Assembly (NCBI RefSeq): GCF_018350175.1
Contig: NC_058368.1
Coordinates: forward strand, 177,756,001-177,820,000
DNA length: 64,000 bases
Direction of reading: 5' to 3'
From: Felis catus
Taxonomy: Eukaryota
The notes below the pieces were generated by a model that saw nothing but the letters and a program-made list of their open reading frames with translations, was not told the origin of the DNA and searched no databases. Below, piece by piece: positions 11,215 through 23,400 of the stretch. The translations under genes were made by a program, and so were the position numbers. Within the stretch, counting starts at the first letter, position 1. Each line of letters begins with the position of its first letter.

Positions 11215-11675
11215 AAAGAAGTGTCAGAGTGGGACAGACCTTCTATGAAGCACTTTTGTGAGACGAATATGCAGTAATAAGCCCCTGAGAAACAGACATC
11301 CTCAAGTCGGACTTGCACAGATAGTTGATGTTTCATAAAGTTTAGAGTTTGCCTTCTCAGGGAAAATTACATTTCCCAGTGCTAAAGAAATATAGCATAA
11401 GGCTAAGGCCTACTTACTCATTAAATACCAGAAGTAACCCTATCTGTAACACACATTTCCCTGATTTCCTGGGTTCACATAGAGAAGGAAAACATTTTGA
11501 GATAACCTTGGGTGATTTTGCTTTTATGTGACAAGCCTGTTGCTAAACTCAAGTACCAAGAAAGGTTTTAAGAAACACTAGTCTGGCAAACGTGATTATC
11601 ACAGGAGCCTGTGGATTTACTTCTTCACCAGTAAGGCCAACCTTTCATGTCTTATTAGAAATAAAGGGCACGATA

Positions 11676-11681
11676 TTTATT
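11676..11681 (-). terminator. Candidate distal poly(A) signal of RANBP17
   Basis: TGTAATAAA followed by U-rich TTTATTTCT on the minus strand. Confidence 0.5.
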
Positions 11682-11926
11682 ACAAGCCTGAACCGTGTAG
11701 ACAGGGCAGTGACATACAAAAGCCGTAAGACAGTGGCAAGCTCAAATTAATAGCCTAGTTACAGTCTATCACAAACTGGGAAGGCTTCCTTCATGTCCTG
11801 GGTTTGGGTTAAGCTGCAATCCCTACAGTAATAAGAGGTTTTGTGGACAGATGGAAACCTGATCCTCTGAAAATCCAGAACTGTTTTGGGTGTCTCAAGA
11901 AGGCAAAGCTGTCTTGGATATATATT

Positions 11927-12140
11927 AAAAAAATTTTTTTAATGTTTATTTATTTTTGACAGAGAGAGAGCGAGCATGAGAGGGGGAGAGGCAGAGAGAG
12001 AGGGAGACACAGAATTCGAAGCAGGCTCCAGGCTCCGAGCTGTCAGTGCAGAGCCCGACGCGGGGCTTGAACTCACAGACCGTGAGATCATGACCTGAGC
12101 CGAAGTCGGACACTCAACCGACTGAACCACCCAGGCACCC
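11927..12140 (-). mobile_element. CAN-SINE within the inferred RANBP17 3' UTR (sense orientation)
   Basis: 14-bp TSD cttggatatatatt (11913-11926 / 12141-12154). Confidence 0.92.
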
Positions 12141-12640
12141 CTTGGATATATATTTTAATTAGACACCTTAGCTTGTCCTACAAGTTAAGTGGAGGCAGAA
12201 AGACCGCGTGTCGGCACTACCCAGAACTTCTTGCAGGGGCTGCCTGACTCCTGAAGGAGTATCTCTGCAGGCAGTAATTGCACAGCTTAATTCTTCTAGA
12301 CCGAACCACTTCAGATTTATGCCAGTGAAAAGCAAACGTTATTTGTAAGTCATTTAATTGTGTTACTGTCTCTCAACTTTATCAGATGCTGCTGAGGCCA
12401 AGAGGGCTGCGCGCAGTCCTGTGGGATGTTTCGGAGCGCTCCCAGGCTCGTTCTAAATACCCACAGCTCCGAGACCCCAACGCTGCTGCTTTCAGACTCA
12501 TAAGAAACGACTAACTTAATGGGTTCAAATGGTATTTGTCTCAACTCAGGATCCATGTTGAAGGTTGCATCTCCAGCACATTCACAACCTTGATTACAAC
12601 AGAGTTCCATTAACTAGCACACACTTAAGTTCAAACCTGG

Positions 12641-12646
12641 TTTATT
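12641..12646 (-). terminator. Candidate proximal poly(A) signal of RANBP17
   Basis: AATAAA with upstream TGTA (12675-12672) and downstream GTGTGTG about 17-25 nt later. Confidence 0.6.
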
Positions 12647-12951
12647 AAGTTCTTTGGTTAAATATTGTTTCTACACCCTTTCGGAGCATTTGTAAGAACA
12701 AAGATAATGCTATTTTTTAGAAAGACTGAAAACACATCTTTTGCTTTTTTTCAATGTAAAGACTGAATTTACATTGTTTGTGCACTGTTATAAATTCTTA
12801 TAATTAGGCCAGACTTATAAAAGGTAGGGTTTTTGTTGTTGTTTGTTTTGAAAAATAGATTCTCCTGGGCTAGCCGACATTGCTGTCCTGGGATCCGGAC
12901 CCACAAGAGTCTCTTGGTAAAGGCTGCTCGGCACATGGTCAGGGAAGGCGG

Positions 12952-13048
12952 TCAGCTCATCATATCCAGACTGCACGGCTCGGTGCTGCCATCAGTCCGC
13001 AGGGCCTCTGACACATCTCTTCTGAAGACGGATAGGTTCTGGGTGAAC
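12952..13048 (-). CDS. RANBP17: RANBP17 terminal coding exon: (R)FTQNLSVFRRDVSEALRTDGSTEPCSLDMMS*
   Basis: Acceptor ctttccacag|G at 13049/13048, TGA at 12954-12952. C-terminus ...DMMS is characteristic of the RANBP17/XPO7 family. Confidence 0.95.
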
Positions 13049-13369
13049 CTGTGGAAAGAGGAAGAAAGGCCAAGGGCAGTGGCAAGGCGGAAGTTATATG
13101 AGCCTCTGGAGGATAAAGCCACTGTGGAGCTCAGAACCTTGGAGAGAGCCCCAGGTCCTGGCTGAGCTCCTGCCTCCACCTCCACTGCAGCCATTACTTT
13201 TGGCCACCAACACCCCCTTCTCCACCTTCCCCGGCTGGAAAACAAGGGTTACCACCATATATACCCAGACCCATTTGAGGGGTACATTTTGTGGGTGTAC
13301 TATTTAAAATTAAAAAAAAAATCAAATTACACAGAGATGGTAAGGAATATAAAGGAAAGAATCAAACCT

Positions 13370-13710
13370 TTTGTGCCAGGCACTGGGTTGAGTTTACGTA
13401 TAGATTCACTTAAGTATCACAAGTCTTCCCAAAGGTAGGTATTTGTATCCTCATTTTGTGGATGAGAAAACCGGGCTTAGTGGTTCAAAAAGAGGGGGCA
13501 CTGGGCTAGATTACCTGAGTTCAAATCCTGGCTCCACCACTTCTTAACTGGGTGATCTTGGATGAACATTTAACCTCTTGTCTTGGTGCTCAACTTGAGT
13601 AGCTACCTCATGGGATTGTGTGAAGTGAGAATTTACCGAGTCAGTTGAGACAATGCCTGTAAGCACTCAACACAGTGCACGGTACATGGAAAGCATCTAG
13701 TCCTTGTTGG
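13370..13710. mobile_element. Two adjacent MIR fragments in opposite orientation
   Basis: cctcattttgtggatgagaaaac (minus) followed by cctgagttcaaatcctggctccaccactt...gtgatcttgg (plus). Confidence 0.6.
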
Positions 13711-14867
13711 CTAGTGCTCTCTTGAACAGGAGGGCTGTCTGACGTTATTTTCAACAATCAATTGATACTCAAATTCCCAAGCCTCAGGTCAAGCAATCTT
13801 CCCCCACCTGAGGCACCTGGGGTGTCCCCATTCATTAAGTCTCTTCTGCTGGCCTCAGAGGTTGCCCTCCTGCCTGACAGAGGATTGTGGTGTGGAACAA
13901 GCAGTCAAGGGTATGTATTTGCAGAGTCTGTCACACTTGGCTTTGTATTGTCAGAGCCCAGGCTGGGGACTCCACCACACGCTGGCTGCAGTGGTTGCTG
14001 GAATGACTGATGATTTGCATTTCAAATGGTGAAACATTTGAATGTTGCCAAAAAGGGTGGTGCAGGCAGTTCTGCCCACCCCCCCCCCCCAAAACCATTT
14101 TCTTTCTCTATTGTTCATTATTATCTGTTTCCCCCACTAGAAGCTCTATGAGGCAAAAACCTTGAACAATTAGTTCACCACTGGTATCTTCAATACCTAG
14201 CACATAATAGATATTCAGTAAAATTTTGTGCTCTAAAAAAATGAACGATGGAGGCATACCTGATAAGTCTCGGTTACTTTCATTTAGATCTCATTGGCAA
14301 CTGTAAAACTAGGCACTCTTAAAGGTCAGGCAGAAGAAGGAACTAATGTTTACCGTGGCTCCTATGTCCTAGGTACCATGCTTGACTACATTCTGTCATT
14401 TAAATATCACAACCAATTTTGTGGATGAGAAAACGGAGGATCAGAGCAGTTGACTGCCTCATTCGCTGCCACACAGCCTATAGAGGGCAGGGATAAAATT
14501 TAAATTGGAGTTTATCTGACCTCAAAGCTTGTGCCTGTTCAAATGCCAGGAAGCTTTCCTTGTCCCTCGTGGCAGATCTGAGCTTTCCTTCTTTTGACCT
14601 CAGTGAGTTATTTTCCCTACCTTGTGCTGGATTATAAAGTGCATAAGGGCACAGGCTGCATTTTGTTCATCTCTGCATCCCTAAATAGTGCCTAGCATGG
14701 TGCTTTAAAAAAAGCAAATACCTAGTAATATTTACTGGATGGAAATAAACCGTGTTTAGGGTTACGAGGTGTAACAGAAAAGTCACATCTATATGTGAGC
14801 TGTGTTAAGCACAACCCCAGTTCATTTCCACAAGCCAGAGATGTTGGGCTTACTGCACAGTGCTTAC

Positions 14868-14995
14868 CTGTCTCTGTTCTTGGTGGACAGGCTCTGTTCC
14901 ACGCCTTCCATCAGGTTCCTGAAGCACTGGGCCAGGACCTCCTGCTTGGGGAGAGGCTGGCTGTTGATCAGGCTTGCCCTCAGTTCGCTGAAATA
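14868..14995 (-). CDS. RANBP17: RANBP17 penultimate exon (128 bp): YFSELRASLINSQPLPKQEVLAQCFRNLMEGVEQSLSTKNRD
   Basis: Acceptor ccccacag|TAT, donor AG|GTAAGC. Phase 2 matches the terminal exon (AG+G = Arg). Confidence 0.95.
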
Positions 14996-16879
14996 CTGTG
15001 GGGAGACGGAACAACCTCAGGGCCCTGACTTCAAACCTGGGCCCCGAGAGAGCTGTGGGGGAGGAGTTCTACCTGCTCCATCTGCTTAGTGCTCCTGACT
15101 CTCAGGGAAGCTCTGGTCCAGGCCCCACTTTGAACTTTAAGCCTTCAGAGAAAACCAAGGCAGTAGATACATTGCTAGGTATAAACTGTATTGTCCCTTC
15201 TCATAAAAATTTCTTGCTACAATTATTCTATGGTTACTGAACAATTTAGGTCCTCTGTGGGGGACCGAGCATGTGAAGGTCTTCCTGACTCTCCTCTCCA
15301 CTCATCACAGAAAGGCTGAAAGGAAAGAGGAAGGGCCTTTCAGGCTGAGGCAAAGAACTTAACAGGGAGAACTTGGGGTGACTGGAGGAAAAGGCCCAGG
15401 TATCCCCCCTCAGGCTTCATCAGCATCTGGGCTTTAGTGAATCACTTCTCAAACAACCCCAGACTTTGTCCCAAGTCCCTGTCCCCTGGGTTAGGCTGGA
15501 TCTGCTCTGTTGAGGCGGGGTGCTAAAGGGGCTTGCGTAGCTCTGGGAGCGCGTTCCTGAACTAGGAAATCCACCTGTCATACCTGGTCACAAAGAACTA
15601 CACAACCCCTTCTCCTCTGCTGGGGTCCGCTGGCTTTTACACAAACACAAGCTCTCGTGCTTACACACAGATTCTAATCATTGGAAACAGCTTAATTTTG
15701 GCACAAAGACAACATTTTGTCAGTCATGTGTTTATCCTTCCAAGCCCAAACAGCATGATATTTAATTTCCATCATACATTAAAACGGCCCACATCAAAAA
15801 CACACGTAATTAATATGTAGTCAGACTAATACTTAAATACTATATATCAGAGGCATTACACTTAAACCACAATGTCTTCTTGAACAAGATTGGGAATGCA
15901 CAAAACTACTTATTTTTCCCTTTTATAATGATGCAGTGACTCACACCAAATAGAAAATTATTAGTTTTTCATCCCAAACCGTGAAATATTGCCTCCATCA
16001 GTAAAGTATAATATTGTGATGTCATAAGCTTTTTCTAAACACTGAATTTGCCCTTATTCCCTCTCAATCATTTTAAAAGAACTGCTCTCTTTTATAGAGC
16101 TTGGATTTAAATCACAATAACACCAAGGGAAGATGAATGACAGTGCTATTGAATGTGGCTAAAATTGGATACTTCGGCACAGGTGAATGATGAGACAGCT
16201 CTTCTCTTTTTGATATATTTTCTTCTTCTATTAGTTTCCTTCCAAGGCTGGGATTTCAGTTTGAATTTTAATGTATGCGGCTGCCTCTAATCTCACTGTC
16301 TTTCTCCCCAGTACTATCTTATTGTATAGACAATTCATTCTCCTGAGCAGTAATGTACTGTTCCTACTGACTGCTGGGGAGACAGGGGTGGGTTCGAGAG
16401 GAAGCTGGAGGGCCTGGGAAGCAGCCCAGGGTGGTGAGTACATTTAACAAGCTGGAGACTCGTGCTCCCAGGTGAAGGGTGCTGGCTCTGCGGTGAGTCC
16501 CTGAGGGCCACTACAGTGCAGGGCACTGGGGATCCCAAATATAAGAGGGAGCCAAGCAAGAAGCAGGAGAGTCATAGCTCAGAATTCCCCTGGAAACAGA
16601 GGAGGGGAGTGAGGCTGAGCTTGAAGAATACTGAGCAAACCACCTGCCAATGCGTGGGGAGTGCTGGGTTCCAGGGGAGCTGGTCTTGAGGCCTCCACTT
16701 ACCTGACGAAGATCTTTGGGGAAGGGCCTGCTGGGGGAACATGGCCTTGCCTGGGGTGGCTTGAGGTCCCAGCTCAAGCTCCGTTGTTCCTTCTGTTCTT
16801 GTCACAGCTTGGCCTGGCGCACAGCTACTCCCTCCCCACAGTGAACCCCTCCCATGGACCTTCCTGCGATCACACTCAC

Positions 16880-16978
16880 CTTCTCGTTTAGCAGGATGAG
16901 CCCCAGGAGAGGCCTGGATACTGACCACTGGTTCCGACAGTCTTCAAAGACAATGGTGTTCATGAGGACAGACATCAT
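16880..16978 (-). CDS. RANBP17: RANBP17 exon (99 bp): [33 protein letters not shown]
   Basis: Acceptor cttctag|ATG, donor AAG|GTGAGT, phase 0/0. Contains the XPO7-family motif [18 protein letters not shown]. Confidence 0.95.
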
Positions 16979-17469
16979 CTAGAAGACAGAGTCATATGAA
17001 GACCCTGGCCCAGAGGTTCCCCCAGTCCCAGGTCTTTATTGTGCTTACCTTCTACCCCTACATTTTGCCAACAGCCATGAGGGCTCTTCCTGGACCAAGA
17101 GCTTTGACTCTGTGAGCCTATAATGCTGCATGTAGGAACTCTTGGCCAGCTCCCTGATAAGAGTTCCCACCACCAAAAGTTTGGTGAGAACCTTCTGAGT
17201 GGGCAGAAGTCAGAGGTTACGAGGCTAAGAGGATCAGTCTCTGCCTCCCAACCCTGGTATGCTGTCCTCCATGCTAAATCGCCAGGTAAAAGCCCAGCTC
17301 ACCCTCCTTTCTGCCTCTCATTTCACCACAGGTCAAGTTATGAAGGGGCAACATCTCTCAGAGGGAGGGAGAAATGGGATACATTCCACGTGACCTCGGA
17401 ATGTCCCGTCTCCTACTGGCTCAGGCTCATTTGGTCTTCCCTAATTCACTTACTCCCTTCACTTTTACA

Positions 17470-18020
17470 TGTACATACCCATCCATCCTCTTAAGTTCAA
17501 AGTCTGCAAGACACCTAAAGAGAACAGGCATCTACCGCAACCTCTGCCCTGAGGAGGTAGAAGCTTCCTGGGGCAGAGCACAGAGCAGAGAGATAGCCAG
17601 AAATCGGGCTCGGCCAAGTGCAATGGGCTACCAGCAGAGGGACGGATGCTTCTGGGTCTCTGAGAAGTCAGGGAAGGTTCCACAGAGAAGGTACAGTTTA
17701 GGGGGCGCATCATAAATGCATTCTAGGCAGAGAGGGCAGCAAAAGAGGAGGCTGGGAGTGAACTGAGTGTGGCAGGAGAAAAGAGACGGGGGCCAGAAGC
17801 AAGACCCCAGGGTCAGGCTGGCAGACCATGCTGAGGAGCCTGGACTTCCTCCGGATGAAGTGGGAGCCAGGGGTGGGTTTGCGGCAAAGGAGAGACACGC
17901 TCAGATTTGCACTTAAGCAAGATCCCTCTGGGGACATGCAGAACGTGTACTTTTGCAGGTGACAGGACAGAAGGAAGCCCGGGGATGGGGCTGCCGCAAT
18001 AGTCTGGGCAAGTGGCCGTG
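17470..18020 (-). mobile_element. L2 fragment
   Basis: ccatgctgaggagcctggactt...gggagcca...tcagatttgcactt...gatccctctgg, typical of antisense L2. Confidence 0.6.
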
Positions 18021-20195
18021 AAGCAAGCTGCGTTCACCTATGTGGAGCTGATGGCACACTTTCCTTGCCTTGGACTCTTTACCGCCCACCTCTAGTCCTT
18101 CTGTTTCTGCAGCTTCAGAGCCCCTGTCCCACAAAGAGCACAGGGGGAAATGGCAATTACGTGGCAAAGGCTACCACCCACGTGACCCTTGGCTGGGCTT
18201 CGGTGACGTCTGCTTTCGTTGCTGCACTGCTGCAATCCAATTTGCCCTGTGATCTCAGGCCAGTTATGGAACCTCTCCCTCTCTCTGTGTCACTTGCATT
18301 AGCCATAAAGAGGGAAATAATAATCCAGCACAAGAAAGTTCTGAGAATCAAATGAGATGGTAGAAATAGAAAGTGTTGCAAAGAGTAGAAAGTGCCATAA
18401 ACATTTAAGGTATGTGATAACAACAGTAATGAGCATCTTTGTAGCTCTAAACATTTGCTACCCCATATATCATCATCATCCTAACAGTTAGGCTGGTTGC
18501 AAATGAAATCTGCCAATTCCATATTTATCGTATGTCCAGTCTCTCTGGGGAGAGGCAGGTCTTAAAGCCCGACATGGTGAACATCGTTTGCAGATTACAT
18601 GTTTTCATGTACAATCTAACAAGCGACCCAAAGTCATACAGCCACAAATTAAATTGACAAGCAAAACTAACAGATCTATGGAGACAGTCTAAAATATTAT
18701 GGGCTTCAGAATCTGAAGGCAGAATGGATATTTTAATGGAAAAGATTAAAGTTAGAAGCACCAAACTCCTCTAGTAACTGACAAAGCATCCTGAAGCGAT
18801 GTGCCAATTACTTTATACAGTTCTCTTGTGGATTCATTTGTCTGAATGCATGTATTTATGTCTGTAATAAGTAAGGAGATGTTTGAATAAGATACTTTTC
18901 TAAAAATAAAGTTGGCTAAAGTGTCTGATTTTTGAAAAAATTGTTTTACTCTTCCAGAAAAATGGGAATTAGTGAGCAAATCTGCTCAAGTGGTATTGAC
19001 ATGGCAGCTCATTTCCAGAATTCTTTTTTTTTCCTTCTTTCCAATAATCCTAGAGGGTACAGGAGACACAGCTCAAGCAACGTGGCAAATTCCTTTGGAT
19101 AAGCTCTCCCTCTCCCCATATGGGAGAACACTGGGTAAAATGCTTAAGTACAGAATCCTGATCCAGGTACTGCAAAATCTCTCGTGGAAGGCTCTCTGGT
19201 TAATGACACGAACAGACGAAGACTGCAAGGAGAGAGCCCTTGGCAACTCTGCCCTAGCCCACCTCAGCCTGCGCAGAGTCACAAAGCACCACAGGATTTA
19301 GTGGTGCTGTGAGCGGGGCCTCTACTCCCCCAACTTCTGCTCACTTCCCATACTGTTACAGGATGGCTGCAATGGCCATTTTAGATATGTCCAACCAAGG
19401 CTGCATTTTTTCAGGGCCCGTGTCCAACACATACATTACCCACTGTATTATCCCAAGCAGCTAATACACCCAACCAGGGGAGCAGCCATTTGGGAAGGGG
19501 AGCTGTGTGGCTTGGTCCACTTAGAAAAACCATACTCCCCATTGCTTCAGCACTTACTCCTTCTCTTTCTGTCTTCCCACAGGCATTGACGTGAGCTTGT
19601 AGGAAATTTCTCTCAATGAAACAAAACTAACATCGTATGGTAGGGACAGGCTTTGGAGCCAGTCAGAAATGAGGCCAAATCTGGCCCTGCTGCTTACCTA
19701 ACCTAGGATGTTGGGCAAGTCATTTCACTTCTCTGAGCCTTTATTTCCTTACCTATAAAATGAGGGATTACAGCAACTACTCTGAAGGGCTGCTTTAAGG
19801 ACTGATTTCCTTCGTCTATATCAAACATTTTGTTCTGTGTTTGCCACATAATAATCAATAATTACCGGTATTCCTTTACTGCAACTATGGTTTCCCTCTT
19901 TGGTGTGATCCAGTGGAATTTCACGGTTCAAGGAAGAACCCCACTTCATGTCTTGATTATGTCCAGATCCATGAGATTACAGTCTCCTCGCAATTATCTA
20001 AATTTACTAAGAGTTGCAATAAAAAAATAACCTACCATAGGAAATAGTCCAAAAAGCAGCCCTATTTGGTCTGGCACACGTATTAGCATGGAGTTTGAAT
20101 GACAGTGTTTCTGCTGTTCTGAAAACTTGTAATCTTCCAAAAAATACAAAGCTACTACAAATATCTGACCTGGAAAGAAAAAACAAACTAATGTT

Positions 20196-20456
20196 GGGGC
20201 GCCTGAGTGGCTCAGTTGGTTAAGCGTCTGACTTCAGCTCAGGTCATGATCTCACAGTTCGTGGGTTTGAGCCCCATGTTGGGCTCTGTGCTAACAACTC
20301 AGAGCCTGGAGCCTGCTTTGGATTCTGTCTCCCTCTCTCTCTCTGCCCCTCTCCCGCTTGCTCTCTGTCTCTGTCTCAAAAAAACAAAATAAAACAACAA
20401 AAACAAAGAAAAAAACCAAAACATTAAAACAAATTAAAAACAAACAAAAAAACCCC
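20196..20456 (+). mobile_element. CAN-SINE with long degenerate A/C tail
   Basis: Full body. Flank repeat aaa(c/g)taatgtt. Confidence 0.9.
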
Positions 20457-23400
20457 AAAGTAATGTTGTGTCATCTGGATCTCTGTTCGCTCCTCAGCAA
20501 CTCTCCTATGTTCCCACCCTAAGATGCTTTGGGCACAAGCCCCAAGCCAAGTGGACTTTGCGACCCAAAAATGCTGGGTCGCACTCTCCCTACCACTAGG
20601 TGGTAACTACATGCTCTCACTTCAGATGCTTCCTGTTCTGTCTCCTGCTGATGCAGAATAAGCAAAGATGTGGTTTGTGTTGAATGCTTTGCTGCTAGAT
20701 GGTGAGTATGTACTCTAAAGAAATTGGAGGCCCAGTGGATCTAGAAGCTGGTAGAGCGGGATGGCTGGGGTCACATGGCCGGAGTGAGTGTGGGGTTATG
20801 ACTGGTAGTGAGACTTGTCTGTAAACTCCTGGGTGCAGGGACCATGGGGCGGTGGCGGGGGCTGTTCTCTGTGTCCCTAGTGACCAGCATGGCATCTAGC
20901 ACACACCAGAGGCTTAGGAAATAGCTACTGAATGAAAGAATGAATATGTGAATAAATGAATGAGAAAGGATGAAATCAACTATCAAGAGCATATAAGGAG
21001 CTAAAGAACCGAAAGAGGATTGTATAAAACACAGAGTTCTGGCCTCAATCTCTGGCTAAAATCTGAAATGGATAAATATCTAAGCCAATACACTGTTCGT
21101 TTCCAAGGATCTGGCCTTTGTGCTCAGAGCCTGAGAACTCTTCTAAGTCCCTGGTGTCCCTCCAGCCAGCAGCTCCCAGGGAAAGCTCTCAGTGGGGGGG
21201 CTTCCGGGTTACAAAGGCTGAAGGCTGACCCACCGTCTTCTCTACCAACAAGCACTTGCACCCAAGAAGCTGTGCCGGATGAGTCTTCTCACTGCCCAAA
21301 GGTACTAACAGTTACCGTTTACGGAGAGCTCAGCACTCTGTTCAGCACGTGTATACGCTGTCTCTAACCCTCAGGTAACCTTGAAGTAGGCATTATCCTC
21401 ACTTCATAGACTAAGGATCTGAGGTCCTGAGTGAGTAAGTAACTTGCTCAAGGCATCAGGCTACCAGCTATCAGGAGGTGAGGCAGAACTGAGATACGTG
21501 CACAGGTCTGCCCAAGTCCAGAGGCCGTGCCTTCATCACCACCACGCCAGCCTGCCGCCTGCCACTCTGGGGCTGCGTGTGAGGACCAAGACCGCCAGCA
21601 GTGGTGGCGGGGGCACTGCGTCTGGCCCCTGCTGCAGACTGCCAGGGAACGGACGGTGTGGGAGGAGAGGCTCGCTTCTGGGCATGGCTCAGTCTGGCAC
21701 CATCAGCGAGCCTCCCGGACAGGCTGCCCGCACGCATCTCCTCTGTTCAGCCACCCTGCCACCTGCTGAAGAGTCAGGCAGCTGCTGGAATCCCCACAAT
21801 GAGGATCCAGGGCAGCAATTCCTGGAGAGTCTGCAGATCTTCCTGCCTCCTACCTACAGCTTTTATAAATGTGGTTAACATATTTGCAGACTCTCAAGAT
21901 GAACAACACTAGACATAATTAATAGATTGTCTCTGGAAAATGCTCCATTGAACGTTTTTCTAAAAATAACCATTTCCCTCCCACCAAAAGTACCACGTAC
22001 ATGGTAATTTACATTAACATCATTGAAAACATTAGTAAATTAAGCTAATTTCTTTTGAGTTACAATGTTCCCTACAAGGTGAACACTTTTCACTGTTCAT
22101 GTTCTTAGAGCCTACTGAATAATACAACTAAACACTATTCCACAGAGTTCTAAGAAATAGATGAAAACATTCTAACCCTGCCGCTTGCTCCCCACCTGTA
22201 TCAGAGAGACAAAAACTGAACCCGAGTAACGCTATGAGCCCTGATACTGCGGGGATCAAATCCTCAATATAGTTAGGGAGGTCCAGCTCTTCCCTCTCTA
22301 TCCCCGCCTCTTTTCTCAGGGTCACACACATTTTCGTTATGCTGCGACTTTGCTGCCTCTTGATCAGGGAAATGGAAAATGGGGATGGCACAAGAGTAAT
22401 CTGTCCTGTCTGAAAGGTGGTGCAAAGAGGGCCTGAGAAGGAGGCTTTGGTTTGACAAAGGAAGGACAGCCAGAGGACAGGTGAGAGGCCAAAGATGAAG
22501 CCTCCCTGTGCCCTGATCTAAATGGGGCGGGGGAGGAAGACAAAGCAAGGATGGTCAGAGCTGTGCCCAAGAGGTGACTTAATCTGTTAGGTTAGGGGCC
22601 TTAATGGGAAGAGGAGTAGAATACAAAATTACCCGTACCCCTGGCCAAGCTAGATTGTTCTTGATTTTGATGCAATGAGTTGGTGATGTCTGAGGAACAA
22701 CCCATAATAACAAACCGAAGAGCTGCTTCTGAGTCTCAGGAAGCTCTTGGTACACGAAATTGGCCTTTCAGAAGGCCGGTGAGACAGGAGGGGGAAGGTT
22801 GGCCCTAGCTAAAAACACTGACACAAAAACACAAAGCAAAACCAGGGCTGCCTGGATAGTGCAACGGGATCCAAAAGAGCAGAAAAACCTCTCACCCATC
22901 TTCACAGCAATTTTTCCGGAGTCCCGTGCCCAGAATGGAGAGCCAGAGTCTGGGAGGATCTGAACACTGCCGAAGCAGCAAAAGCTTCCAGGTTTTCAGT
23001 GCTTGTGGAAGTAAGGGAGTTGCTGTCATTACCAAGTGCTGTTCCTGAGGCCACGTGCACAGCAGATATTGAAATGTGATCCTCCTCAAATTAGATACTA
23101 GTCATCTTTAGGGAAAAGGAATCAATTGTTCTATCCGTCTGCTGTCTACCAATGTGATAGCAGTGGAATGTTATAAAAAATGAAAGCAATGGACAAATAA
23201 GTATATCTTCTCCTGCCTGGATTAACTACGCTGCACCATCTAGGTTATGTTAAATATGTGTACATATTAAACACTTTCCTAAGTTCTTATTGCGTCTTTA
23301 CAGCCTCATAATAGTAGCAAGTATTCAACACGTTAAATGAAAAAAAAAAATCAAGCAAAATGCAAGATGCAGTGAGCCTCTTTTTTAAAGAAACAAGATT

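Larger units (their letters stand above)
11655..12951 (-). other. RANBP17: RANBP17 3' UTR (extent inferred to the distal poly(A) signal)
   Basis: Follows the stop codon. AATAAA on the minus strand at 12646-12641 and 11681-11676. The true end needs 3'-end data. Confidence 0.55.
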
